A stretch of 64,000 nt of DNA. Origin: Mobula hypostoma (taxonomy: Eukaryota). Location of the stretch: the NCBI RefSeq assembly GCF_963921235.1, contig NC_086101.1, positions 1,054,001-1,118,000 of the forward strand. Direction: 5' to 3'. Positions 11,332 through 22,629 of the stretch are shown here, piece after piece. The notes below the pieces were generated by a model. It was not told the origin of the DNA. It saw only the letters and a program-made list of their open reading frames with translations, and ran no database searches. Position 1 is the first letter of the stretch; the number at the start of each line of letters is the position of its first letter. A program made the position numbers and the translations under genes.

Positions 11332-12026
11332 AACAAGTCACCCTGCATCCTCTTAGAATCCTCCTCACAGCTAACACTGCCACCCAGCTTTGTGTCATCC
11401 GCAAACTTGGAGATACTGCATTTAATTCCCTCATCCAAGTCAGTAATATATATAGTAAACAACTGGGGTCCCAGCACTGAGCCTTGCGGTACCCCACTAT
11501 TCACTGCCTGCCATTCTGAAAAGGTCCCGTTTATTCCCACACTTTGCTTCCTGTCTGCTAACCAATTCTCTATCCACATCAATACCTTACCCCCAATACC
11601 GTGTGCTTTAAGTTTGCACACTAATCTCCTGTTTGGGACCTTGTCAAAAGCCTTTTGAAAATCCAAATATACCACATCCACTGGTTCTCCCCTATCCACT
11701 CTACTAGTTACATCCTCAAAAAATTCTATGAGATTCGTCAGACATGATTTTCCTTTCACAAATCCATGCTGACTTTGTCCGATGATTTCACCGCTTTCCA
11801 AATGTGCTGTTATCACATCTTTGATAACTGACTCCAGCAGTTTCCCCACCACCGATGTTAGGCTAACCGGTCTATAATTCCCCGGTTTCTCTCTCCCTCC
11901 TTTTTTAAAAAGTGGGGTTACATTAGCCACCCTCCAATCCTCAGGAACTAGTCCAGAATCTAAAGAGTTTTGTAAAATTATCACTAATGCATCCACTATT
12001 TCTTGGGCCACTTCCTTAAGCACTCT

Positions 12027-12165
12027 TCTCATACTATTCAGAGACTGTATACCCCAGACTATCACACTGTACCAGAGACTGACAGGAACAGAATGAACCC
12101 CACTCTCTCACACTGTATCACTGACTACGAGATACCGGAGGAAGATTACAATCGCACACTCTACG
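12027..12165. repeat. 46-bp minisatellite, right part
   Basis: CACACTGTACCAGAGACTGACAGGAACAGAATGAACCCCAC matches the units at 5160-5350. Confidence 0.75.
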
Positions 12166-12382
12166 AATATGTCTCTGGCTATCTCTTTGCCTGCTTGTCT
12201 ATCCATCCGAACATCAGTCTGCTTATTCGCATCTCTCTCTCCTCCTTTCTCTCTCTCCCATAACTGTATGTCATGGTTGTCTTTCGTTCATTCACTTCCA
12301 GCCATCCTGCATCTATTCATCTCCCAATTTTGTGTACTATTTTTATTATTTAACCGGTCTGCACATTGATTTACAGATTTCT

Positions 12383-12722
12383 TAGAACACAGAAACTTAG
12401 AAAACCTGCAGCCCAATACAGGTTTTCGTCTTACAAAGCTGTGCCGAATATATCCTTTCCTTAGAAATTACCTAGGGTTATCCACAGCCCCCTATTTTTC
12501 TGAGTTGCATGTACCTGCCCAGAAATCTCTTAAAGGACCCTATCGTATCCGCCTTCATCAACGTCGCTGGCAACCCATTCCACGCACTCACCACTCTCCG
12601 CTTAAAAAAAACTTACCCCCTGACATCTCCTCTGTACCTACTTCCAAGCACCTTAATACTGTGCCCTCCCTGTCAGGCCCTGGGAAAAAGCCTCTGACTA
12701 TCCACACGATCAATGCCCTCAG
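12383..12722 (-). mobile_element. CR1 3'-end fragment (family A)
   Basis: Reverse complement of the CR1 3' end seen at 44360-44698. Confidence 0.8.
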
Positions 12723-12869
12723 CATCTGAAACACAAGATTTCTTTTCAATTTTACTTTGACCTGTGGGAGATTAAGATGCTAATAAATGTCTCCACATCC
12801 GCAAAAGGGTCATTTCACCGTTTCCATCCCCGCGTTGCTTTTTTGTATTGTATTTCTGTATGAATCTGT

Positions 12870-12932
12870 TTGTGTGTCTTTCTCTGTCTGTGTATGCGAA
12901 TGTGTGTGTGTCTGTGTATGTATGTGCGTGTA

Positions 12933-12971
<39 letters not shown>

Positions 12972-13153
12972 GCGTGTATGTGCGTGTGTGTGTGTGTGTG
13001 TGTGCGTGTGTGTGTCTGTGTATGTATGTGCGTGTATGTGAGTGTGTGTGTGTGTGTATGTGTGTGTGTGTATGTGTGTGTATGTGTGTGTGTGTCTGTC
13101 TGTGTATGTATGTGCGTGTATGTGAGTGTGTGTGTGTGTGTGTGTGCGCGCGC

Positions 13154-13192
<39 letters not shown>

Positions 13193-13263
13193 TGTGTGTC
13201 TGTCTGTGTATGTATGTGCGTGTATGTGAGTGTGTGTGTGTGTGAGTGTGTGCGTGTGTGTGT
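12870..13263. repeat. Compound (GT)n microsatellite with a higher-order unit
   Basis: About 390 bp of TG/CG/TA alternation; TGTCTGTGTATGTATGTGCGTGTATGTG recurs four times. Confidence 0.95.
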
Positions 13264-13607
13264 TTGTAAGCAGAATCTCTGAGGGACATATTAAGATGGG
13301 AAACTCCAGGGACTGACAGGAGTTGGTCAGTGTTTGTGGTCTCCGTTTATAGATGAATAATTCGCCAATAATAACGTGAAATGTAGCTGCAGCGTGACCA
13401 AACTCTGTGTTTGTAATTAAATCTACCGGCATCATTGCCACCTGAGACAATGCTGATGTAATCTCCAACAATTTTGGTGTATTTGTCTTCAGTGAAACAT
13501 ATATTTATACCAGAGACAAAGGTGTTGAATTAGAGTGTTTAGTCAAGTGACTGTAAGTAAGAAAGTTAGTCAGGGGTATAGCAATTTCTCTGGAGATTGA
13601 TCGTCTG

Positions 13608-13613
13608 TATAAA
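13608..13613 (+). promoter_or_regulatory. Putative TATA box of the GPCR gene
   Basis: TATAAA about 90 bp upstream of the ATG at 13699, in non-repetitive sequence. Confidence 0.55.
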
Positions 13614-13698
13614 TCAGGGACGCTTTGAATGCATCAGCTCAGAGTGTTTGCCAGGGCTGTGAGTTCAGGAGCAACAGAAATCACGGTTTCTCACTGAA

Positions 13699-13768
13699 AT
13701 GGTGTATCTAGTCATCCGGCGGATAGAAGACGTTTACTTTCCTTTTATTTCAGTCTTTGGAATTCCCG
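13699..13768 (+). CDS. GPR139/GPR142-like GPCR, coding exon 1 (MVYLVIRRIEDVYFPFISVFGIP + G)
   Basis: ATG at 13699, 23 codons + 1 nt, then the donor GTAAGC at 13769. The phase-1 junction joins exon 2 to give ...FGIPANLVAIVIL, completing TM1. Confidence 0.88.
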
Positions 13769-14539
13769 GTAAGCCGCAGTGACAGCTGCCGCTGGTAGGA
13801 AATGAAATTCAATTCAATGCTGGAATTGTTTTTGTCGTTGGTTTCCATTGTGACCTGTCCAGTCCCAGTGTTCCGTATTTCAGGAATGGAGTGGAAACAC
13901 CGTGACTGTGGATTCTGTGATCTGGTTCTAAAAACAAATCGCTGCAAGAGTTCAGCGAATCCGCCAACTACTGTGCAACTGAAAGGGTCAGTTAGAGTTC
14001 TTCCAACGGTTTGTGATCAAAAATAGGATGTTCGATTCTCTGTGCGCTTGCTCTTGTACTTCCTGCACTGCTTCTGCAAGTATTGCGTTGTAACAACCCA
14101 TGGAGATGATATCAATTGATTGTGTGCTTTGTATGTGAGCGGTTGTCTGAGTAACAGTTAAACCATCGACTGGTAGGAACACCAATGAGGTGTTCCACGT
14201 TGCAGAAGTAAAGTTGTGGATTTTAATAAATGTGTGCGATATGACTGACTATAAAGCAATTGGTGGAATAAACAGCGACGTCGATGCTGAGTGAATTAAC
14301 ACAAAGGAAGTGGTGCTTCATAGATATCAATACAGTGAATATATATTCTATTATATCTACATCTGACACCGTTACACACATCTGTCTCCGGCACCGAGTT
14401 TGCTGCTGAACGCTGAACTCCTCTCCCCGGCTTCGCTGTGATGGACTCAGTGCGAGGCGTCATGTCTGTCTGTGAGGTTGTGTCAGACAGCGCTGTATCT
14501 GTTCGACTCAGTCAACCTTCTGTTGTAAAGTCAGTAAGG

Positions 14540-15765
14540 TGGCAAATGCTGGAATAGGATACAAACTCAGGGAATGCTGGAAACACTAAGCCCCAAGCAG
14601 CTTGTGTGGAAAGAGAAACCTGTTAACACTCGTGTCAGGGATCTCTCTGAGAAGAGTTCTGAGGGGAGATACTTTAAATCAGAGGTGGCCAACCTTTTAC
14701 ATTCCATGCATCAATTTTTTTTTTCACGCACGAGTTCAGATGCGCCATACAACTCTTGTTCCCCCATCTAATTCTTGTAAAAATATGTTAATATAGACAT
14801 ATTTAGCATTTTATATGATATATTGATTTAATATAAGAAACAAGATAAATCTTAATGAGACTCTTAACAAATATATTTTCTCTTCTTTTGATTTCCTCCT
14901 TTTTCTTAATCACATATTCTTTCCGTAACTCAGATCCATGCGCTAGCTTCAGTTTTCCTTCTATTTCTGTCTGCTGTTGTGTTTTATAGCGTCTATTAAA
15001 TCATGTCTTCTATTATGTGAGAAAGTGTTTTCACAAACAGTGCACAACGGTTTCCCTGACAGACCCGCTATAAATAAGAACTCATTTCCCCACTGTTCAT
15101 TGAATTCACGCTACTAACACTTCCTGCTTTTCATTTGCTCATTTTCTTTCACACTGTGATGGGTAACTGAATGTAAAAACAAAGCTTAATTTTCGAGAAA
15201 GTACAAAACTGCAAATGTTCACAAAGGACGAACAAAGCGCACGAGTGTCAATTGTATACCGAGTGGCAAAAACCTGCGACGCACCGCTGGTGCAGACGCC
15301 TGGCGCCTCAGGATCAAACGAGTATCAACCGTGTATTGCACAGTTATGGAACGACTGCAGAACCAAAGTCCTTGTTTCCTAGTTTGACTCATCGAAGTTT
15401 TTTTTAAAAAATTGAAAACAGATTAATTTTAAAGAAGGTAACGTTCGCCAAAAGATGTGCACGAAGTAATGAAATCGCTAAAAATCATTGCTAAGTTTAA
15501 GAGTTTTTCTCAGTAAAACCCATTTCTAGCTCTAAGCTACTTGAATTCCCGTTATAGATCTTCTTCTACAAACCGGTGTTTGGCTGATACTTCTTGCATG
15601 AGTAGGATTACTTTTTTATAATCATCACCGGGGTGCAATGCGCCACCTTTAGCGCATGCGCCTTAAGTTGGCCATCCCAGCTCTAAATATTTTTCCACAT
15701 GTTCTGTTTTGCCTGGATGAGTGTTTTCAGCATTTCCTGTTTGTGTTCCGGCCTTCGGCTGTTCT
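14540..15765. mobile_element. Degenerate Penelope-end-derived inverted repeat in the GPCR intron, split by the hAT element (arms ~14540-14670 and ~15689-15765)
   Basis: GCAAATGCTGGAA...AATGCTGGAAACACT on the left and AGTGTTTTCAGCATTTCCTGTTT on the right resemble the Penelope terminus at 8301-8400 in opposite orientations. Confidence 0.45.
14680..15680 (-). mobile_element. Internally deleted hAT (Charlie/SPIN-like) DNA transposon in the GPCR intron
   Basis: Imperfect TIRs CAGAGGTGGCCAACCTT / AAGTTGGCCATCCCAG; 8-bp TSD CTTTAAAT (14672-14679) / CTCTAAAT (15681-15688). The minus strand near 15000-15110 encodes REFNEQWGNEFLFIAGLSGKPLCTVC, a BED-finger-like N-terminus. Confidence 0.82.
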
Positions 15766-16137
15766 GTCGCTGACAGGGATCGCCATGGAAGTTGCTGATT
15801 GTCCAATGGAAGAATCCCACCATCAGCGTCCGGATTTATTCATTTCATCCAGACGAGACGTGGAAAATGTTCCATCCAGTATTGACCCTGCTGACGTGGT
15901 TATCCAGTTTTAGCTTTCCGCTGCCATTTCACATGTTGGTCATCAGTGAGTATTCAGATCATATTGACTTAATTTTACTGTGTAATCTTCTTTATCTCCG
16001 CCATCTCTGCACCCTGCCTCGACCCTCCCACCGCTAAATGCAACAATAAAGTGGAAATATTACAGGATCCCCTCAAACTGCTGCATTGGCTTCTGCTCAG
16101 TATTTTCTCAATTTGCTGTTCCCGGTCTCTCTTCCAG

Positions 16138-17042
16138 CGAACTTGGTGGCGATTGTGATCCTGTCCCGGGGAAAGTGCGGTCTCTCCAAATGTGTCACTC
16201 GCTACCTGGTGGGAATGGCAGCGGCCGATCTCCTGGTCGTTTTCTCGGATCCGCTGCTGTGGTGGACTGCAGAGATTTATTTTCCCCGAACATTCCTGCG
16301 AGTCTCTCCTGTGTGTAGCCTCGATCAATGGTTGATTTCTGCGAGCACTGCGGCCTCAGTCTGTCTGACTGTCGCTTTCACCGTCGACCGATTTGTGGCT
16401 ATTTGCTGTGAGAAGCTAAAAACAAGATATTGCACCGAGAGAACGGCGGCTGTGGTAATTGGGACAGTGAGTGCGCTGGCCGGTTTGGAGACGGTCCCGT
16501 GGGGCTTTGTATATGAGCCTGGAGAAATAATTGATGGTGTTCCCTGGGATTGTGTTTACACAGCGAGCTTCACAAACTCTCCCGCATGGGCGGCTTTTGA
16601 CATGTTTGACCTCATTTTAGTCCCTTGTCTCCCATTCTTTCTGATGTTGCTGTTCAATACTCTGACTGTCAGGCGGATTCTGGCGGCCAGTCGAGCCCGC
16701 AGGGGGCTCCGGGGACAAAAGTGTGGAGAGAATGACAAGGACCGGGAGATGGAGAACCGACGCAAATCCATCGTTTTGCTCTTCAGCGTAACCGGCAGTT
16801 TCATTTTGTTGTGGGGAACAATAGTGTTATTTTCCATGTATAGACGGATTTCAATGAGTTTTGTTTTTGATTCTGTTAACGATCCCCGCTACATCACAGA
16901 TCACACATCGGAAATGCTGCAGATTCTCAGTTCCTGCACCAACACGTGTATTTACGCCCTGACTCAGAGCAAATTCCAAGAGGAACTAAAGAATGCGGTG
17001 AAATATCCACTGAATCGGATTGTGAAACTCATGAAACGTTAA
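16138..17042 (+). CDS. GPR139/GPR142-like class A GPCR, coding exon 2 (rest of TM1 to C-terminus); spliced protein 324 aa
   Basis: Polypyrimidine tract + AG at 16136-16137, then an open frame with seven hydrophobic segments, MAAADLL (TM2), FTVDRFVAIC (DRY-like), ECL2 Cys and NTCIY (NPxxY-like). Confidence 0.92.
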
Positions 17043-17043
17043 A

Positions 17044-17049
17044 AATAAA
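17044..17049 (+). terminator. Putative polyadenylation signal AATAAA
   Basis: Lies immediately after the stop codon TAA (17040-17042). Confidence 0.4.
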
Positions 17050-17144
17050 TGGTGTAAACTATTACAATTCAGCTGCCTTCATGCTTCCTATTCTATCCCC
17101 CTACTTTTGTGTAAGTGGAAAGAATGAGATGAACAGAGTTACAA

Positions 17145-17388
17145 AACAAACACGAGAAAATGTGCAGATGCTCGAAATACAAAACAGCACACGCAAAATC
17201 CGATCCTGGTGAAGGGTTTCGTCCCGAAACGTCGGCTGTTTACTCTTTACCTCACACAAAATGCTGGCGGAAGTCAGAGACCAGGCAAGTTCTATGGAAT
17301 AGAGTAAACTGTCGACGTTTCAGGCCGAAACCCCTCCTCAGAGTGCTGTCAACTGTTCACTCTTCTCCATTTTGTGTGTGTTGTCTTA
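17145..17388. mobile_element. Rearranged Penelope terminal-repeat remnants with two degenerate hammerhead motifs
   Basis: CTGGTGA-AGGGTTTCGTCCC-GAAACGTC on + (~17206-17233) and CTGAGGA-GGGGTTTCGGCCT-GAAACGTC on - (~17314-17341); flanks resemble 8301-8400. Confidence 0.75.
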
Positions 17389-17681
17389 GAATTACAAAAC
17401 AGCTGTTTACAGCTGATCCCGACGGCATCACTGGCCTCACCATCCCAGAGAATTCCCCTTTGCACCCCACACCCCGCCCCGTTAAATTGAAGCTGGAGAT
17501 GAACCTGTTTCCCCTGGTTCCCGGTTCTGACAGAACTGCCTGATCTTGGAGTATATTTTCGTCTGCAGCAAGCACTCCTGATCCTGTCAGAACCCATCCC
17601 TTCCCTCACCCTCTTTTTTCTCTTCTTTCTCCGCCTGTAGGTTCTCTTTCTCTCTGCCATCTTGAACAATCTTCCAGTAAC

Positions 17682-19008
17682 TGTCATGGTCCGGATCGGC
17701 GTCCCTTTAAATTTACCTTGTTTATGTTACGATCCGGACCGTTGATTCCCTGTTTTCCCGTGTCCCTCGACTTTGGTGATCAGAGGCAATTAACACTGGT
17801 AGAACCGGTAGTTTATAATCTCCGGCTTTCAGCCGTTCGGTGCGGGAGAATCTGCAAAGTCATGGCGTGCTAATGTCATCTGGCCGGAGCAAGCTCTGTC
17901 TCCGCCCGAAGCGAGTGCAGGTAATTCTCCTCTCCTCACCGGAGCAACCCTGTCCAGTTATCTCGTCAAAGCAAGCCCGCAAAGTTTGCTCACCGAGGTG
18001 GGTCGTCAGTTAACCCGCCGGGGAGAATCAAGAGCCGCTGTCTACTGTTCCCGGGCCGAGTCGAGAGCTCGGCACTACCCGGAGGTTCCAAGCACCACGT
18101 ACTGGCTCCGGTGGCGTCCAAGTACCACGTCCACGTCTTGGCCCTGGTGGCGTCCAAGTACCACGCCAAATCCTGGCCCTGGCTGCTTCCCAGTTCTGAA
18201 TCAAGTCCTGGCCCTGGCGGTCTGTGATTCCTGTCCTACTCCCTTGTCTGAATCCCTTCTCTGCCCCTCTTGCCTCTAGCCCTCATCTGCAGCCCCTGCC
18301 TGCACTTTGGTCTAGTTCCATTGCTGGAGCTACATAGGTACTGTCTGGTGTTCATTTGTGTTGGTCTTGTCTTTTCCTCGCCTCTGGGGTAGGTCAGGCC
18401 GTCTTGCTGTTGCCCTGTGGGGGGGGGGGTCATGTTCTGTCTTGTCTTGTCCTCACCTCTGGGGTAAGTCTGGCTGTCTTCCCTTTCCCCTGTGGGGAGT
18501 CATGTCCTGTCCTTGCCTCTGGGGGGTAAGTCAGGCTGTCTTGCTGTTGCCCTGTGGGGGGTCATGAGTCCTGGCCCTATGTCCTATACCCAAGGAGGGG
18601 TCCTGGCTCTCTGTTCTGTGTATGTGTCCATGGTTCCATGTACTTGCTCTCCTGAGACTGAGGCTCTGTTTTTCCATGTTCCTCCTCTCCCTAGCCCATG
18701 TCATGTCCATACCTGGTTCTGGGGTCTGAGCCTGAGGTAAGACCCAGGTAGTGGGTCCTTGCCCAGTCTCTGGCTCGGAGTCCATACCCTAGCCTCTTCA
18801 TGTCTCCTCTAGTTCTGGAAGCCGATTCTGAGTCCAAGCCCAGACTCTTGCTCCCAGCCTAGTCATAGCCCTGAGTCCTTATCCTGTTTGCTATTCCTGC
18901 TTCTGTCTTGCTCTCCTGGTATCAATGAATAAAGTAAACCTAAGTAACCTCAAGATGTGTCTTGCATTTGGGTCTGCCCTTGCTCCCAATGCCCCTGCCA
19001 TTGTGACA
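17682..19008 (+). mobile_element. Solo LTR (probably Gypsy-type), 1327 bp
   Basis: TGTCA...TGACA termini; 5-bp TSD GTAAC (17677-17681, 19009-19013); TTATAA near 17813, AATAAA at 18928; internal tandem repeats. Confidence 0.88.
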
Positions 19009-19399
19009 GTAACAGAATTTTAACTTTCATACAATTGAAGTAAAAGTACCATTACTTTCCCTTGTAGCTCTGTGACAGATAGAGAGAGAGAGAGAGAACA
19101 GGCTGTGAGATATTCTCGGATAACACTCAATTGTGTTGTTTAGTGGATGATCAATATTATTTTGATTTCTGTACAGCTATGACTGTAGATATTTGTTTCT
19201 TTTATCTATTATAAACGTACGAGTTCTAATAGTGTTTTGTTTGAACACGTACCTTTTTCTAATGCATACACAAATACTGTGAGCTGAATTAAAAAAAAGA
19301 ACACTAAGAATTTTAAAATGCTTTTCAATACAATGAGGCTATCAGAAAGTTCATGAATATACAAGGCATGGAAGAATATAAATCACATGCAGCAAATGC

Positions 19400-22300
19400 C
19401 TGAGCTGGGTGGGGGGTTGCACAGACAGGAGTGTCTTTGGAAATGAGTGAGAGTGCAGTATGGTGCTTTACCTCCATCATGCCTGGACCAAGGATGGCTC
19501 TGAGAAGGTACAGGCCATTCTGAAAGGGCAGGATAAGCAGCCAGAGGTCGTGGTCCTTATTAGAACTAACAACAGAGAGACAAGTTCCTGCAAATAGAAC
19601 TTGGGGAGTTGGGCAGAAAGTTAAAAAGTCTGAACTCTGGAGTGATTATTTCAGGTGCCACGTGCTTTTGGAGTAAGAGTTGGTAAGTTGCTGCACTTAA
19701 ATGTCTGGCTAACAATCTGATGCAGGAGGAAGGGCATTAGGAACACTGATCATTGGGCTTTCTTCCAGGATAAGTGGGACTAGTATAAGGAGGATAGATT
19801 ACACTGAAGGGGAACTAATATTCTCATAGGGAAGCTTGCTGGAGCCACCCTGATGATTTTTATCACTTGCCATGTGGAGGGGGTCAGTAGTTGCAATGAG
19901 CAGAAGGTAGAGATGAGGTCGAGGAACCCTAAAAGGAAGTCAAGGTGGGGCCACGTTAATGAGCACAGTGGTACCGAAGGGCAGAAGTGAGTTTATTTCA
20001 GAGCAGGGTGTAGAACACTTAAAACAGATGTACTCAGAGCCTGGATTAGTACATGGCCCGGTGATTTTATCCATTACAGAGATCTGCCTGAGAGATGGTC
20101 AGGACTGGTAGCTAAACCTTCCAGGATTCTGGTGATTCAGACAGTCCAGAGGGAGGTAAATGAGGTTGAGGAGCTGCACTGCTGATCAGGCAGAATATCA
20201 CAAGTTGCGGTTATTCCGTAGGCTCATCCAGTAAGGTAATGTGGGTAGAACTCAAAAGCTGCAAGCACTGTGATGGGATTATAACGTAGGCCTTCCAATA
20301 GCCAGTAACAGATAGGAACAGGTATGTCAGCAGGTTATGGGCTGATGTAAAATCAACAGAGTAGCTGTAGTGGGTGAATAATCTCCCCAGAATGACTAGG
20401 ACTCCCTTACAGCCTGAGACCTGGATGGGTTGTTATTTGTTAGGTGTGTTCAGGAAGGTTTCCAGAAACAGTATGTAGCTGGTCCACCAGGGAGGGGGGC
20501 ATACTTGATTTAGTCTTAGGAAATGAGCCGAGTGAGATTAGTGGAGTTTCACTGGTAAAGATTTACGGATTATAACTCTGGAGGTTTTCAGATGGTTATT
20601 GATAAGGATAAGTCTGGACCTGCAGGTGGATGAATGTAAATCTGTGAAATGCAAATTACAGCAGAATGGGACAGGAATCATAGGGAGCAGCCTGGGAGCT
20701 GATGCTACTGGTTGTTACTGGATGGAGCTGATTTTAGCTGATGTCTGACATGTGAGAGTCACTTACAGTCCAGCTGTTCAGAATTCCAGTGAGGAAAATG
20801 GAGAAGAACGGAGACATTCAAGAACTTGGACACTAGACACTAGACATTAGACACTAGAACACTACAGCACAGTACAGGCCCTTCAGCCCTCGATGTTGTG
20901 CCGACCCATATATTCCTTAAATAACAACTTACTACCCCGTAACCCTCTATTTTTCTTTCATCCATGTGCCTGTCCAAAAGGCTCTTAAATACCCCTGATG
21001 TTTAAGCCTCCACCACTATCCCTGGCACTGTCTTAAAAAAAAACCTACCCCTGATGTCTCCCCTAAACTTCCCTCCCTTAACTTTGCACATATGCCCTCT
21101 GGTGCTGGCTATCCGCCCTATCTATGCCTCTCATAATTTTGTAGCCCTCTATCCAGTTCCCTCTCAACATTCTATGCTCCAAAGAGAAAAGTCCCAGCTC
21201 TGCTAACCTTGCCTCATAAGACTTGTTTTCCACTCCAGGCAACATCCTGGTAAATCTCCTCTGCACCCTCTCCATAGCTTCCACATCCTTCCTATAATGA
21301 GGTGATCAGAACTGAACACAATACTCTAAGTGTGGTCTCACCAGAGATTTGTAGAGTTGCAACATGACCTCTCTACTCTTGAACTCAATCCCCCTATTAA
21401 TGAAGCCTAGCATCGCATAGGCCTTCTTAACTATCCTATCAACCTGTGCAGCGACCTTGAGGGATGTATGGATTAGAACCCCAAAGTCCCTCTGTTCATC
21501 CACAGTATTAAATAACCGACCATTAACCATGTACTCAGCCCTCTGGTTTGTTCTTCCAAAATGCATCACCTCACACTTATCCGGATTGAACTCCATCTGC
21601 CACTTTTCTGCCCAACTCTGCATCCTGTCTATATCCTCTTGTAACCTTCGACAACCTACAGCTCCATCCACAACTCCTCCAGTCTTCGTGTCATCCGCAA
21701 ACTTACTCACCCATCCTTCCGCCTCTTCATCCAGGTCATTTCTGAAAATCACAAAGAGCAGGGGTCCCAGGACAGATCCTTGCGGCACTCCACTAGTCAC
21801 CGACCTCCAGGCAGAATACTTTCCTTCCACTAATACCCTCTGCTTTCTTCCTTTAAGCCATTTTTTAAAAATCTGAAGAGCCAAGATTCTACTGATCCCA
21901 TGCCCCATGTCTTTCTGGACGAGTCTCTCATGGTGTACCTTGGCAAATGTCTTACTAAAATCCATGTAGACCAAATCTACTGCTGTACCCTCATGATTTT
22001 TTTGTTATCTCTTCAGAAAACCCAATTAGGCTCGTGAGGCACGACCTTCCCTTCACAAGCCCATGTTGACCATCCTTGAGTAGACTTAGGATGATGAAAA
22101 ATATTGTATTTATTTTCAAATGTAAGAGAAATCATATTGAAGGTTTAGGAAGATAAAATTGGACATAACATTGGAGGAACATAGGAAGCAAGAAACAAAT
22201 CACACTATGAAGCTGGAGAGTGAACAGTGACCAGAAAATCTCCTCATTGATATCCCAAGGCATCTTATGCATACACTGAAAACAATGGCATAGTTGGGAG

Positions 22301-22520
22301 AGGACAGGATCACTCTAGGAAAAAGTTAGGATTTTCAGCCTAGAGCCTGAGTTAGTATGGGAGGTGAATAATGAATACTTTGCATTCAAAGGGGTTTACT
22401 AAGGAGAAGGATATGGAGGAAAGCAAGATCAGGAAGGGGGTATGGCGATATTCTCAGGTGTGTTGATACTAAAAAGGGAGTGCTGATGGGTCATTCAAAC
22501 CATTTAGACTGGTAGATCCT
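19400..22520 (+). mobile_element. Old, highly degenerate CR1 LINE (ORF1/endonuclease remnants), interrupted at ~20830-22085
   Basis: Recognisable nucleotide similarity to the ORF1 esterase and APE regions of 1-4128; no long ORFs. Confidence 0.65.
20830..22085 (-). mobile_element. 5'-truncated CR1 LINE (RT C-terminal half + 3' UTR)
   Basis: ORF 21306-21974 ([27 protein letters not shown]); (GACACTA)n tail at ~20830-20858. Confidence 0.9.
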
Positions 22521-22629
22521 TTGGAGGATTTAATCCATGAGCAGACACTGACCACATGCAGATAAACATGATGTTTAAATTGCCGGCACTGTACTTAACA
22601 TCTGTACGGCACGGGAAGAGGAGGACATA

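Larger units (their letters stand above)
7534..12026 (-). mobile_element. Young 5'-truncated CR1 LINE (family B), interrupted by a Penelope element and a short CR1 3' end
   Basis: Segments 7534-8300, 11088-11196 and 11332-12026 are contiguous RT sequence nearly identical to 29755-32180 and 53937-55850; (TTCTATGT)n tail at ~7536-7555. Confidence 0.92.

Noticed and set aside
12787..13471. His/Thr- and Cys/Val-rich ORFs
   Set aside because: Translations of the (GT)n microsatellite.
16086..16137. ORF-track N-terminus of the GPCR (MASAQYFLNLL...)
   Set aside because: It starts at TTG within the polypyrimidine tract region of the intron; a proper ATG exon with matching phase exists at 13699-13768.
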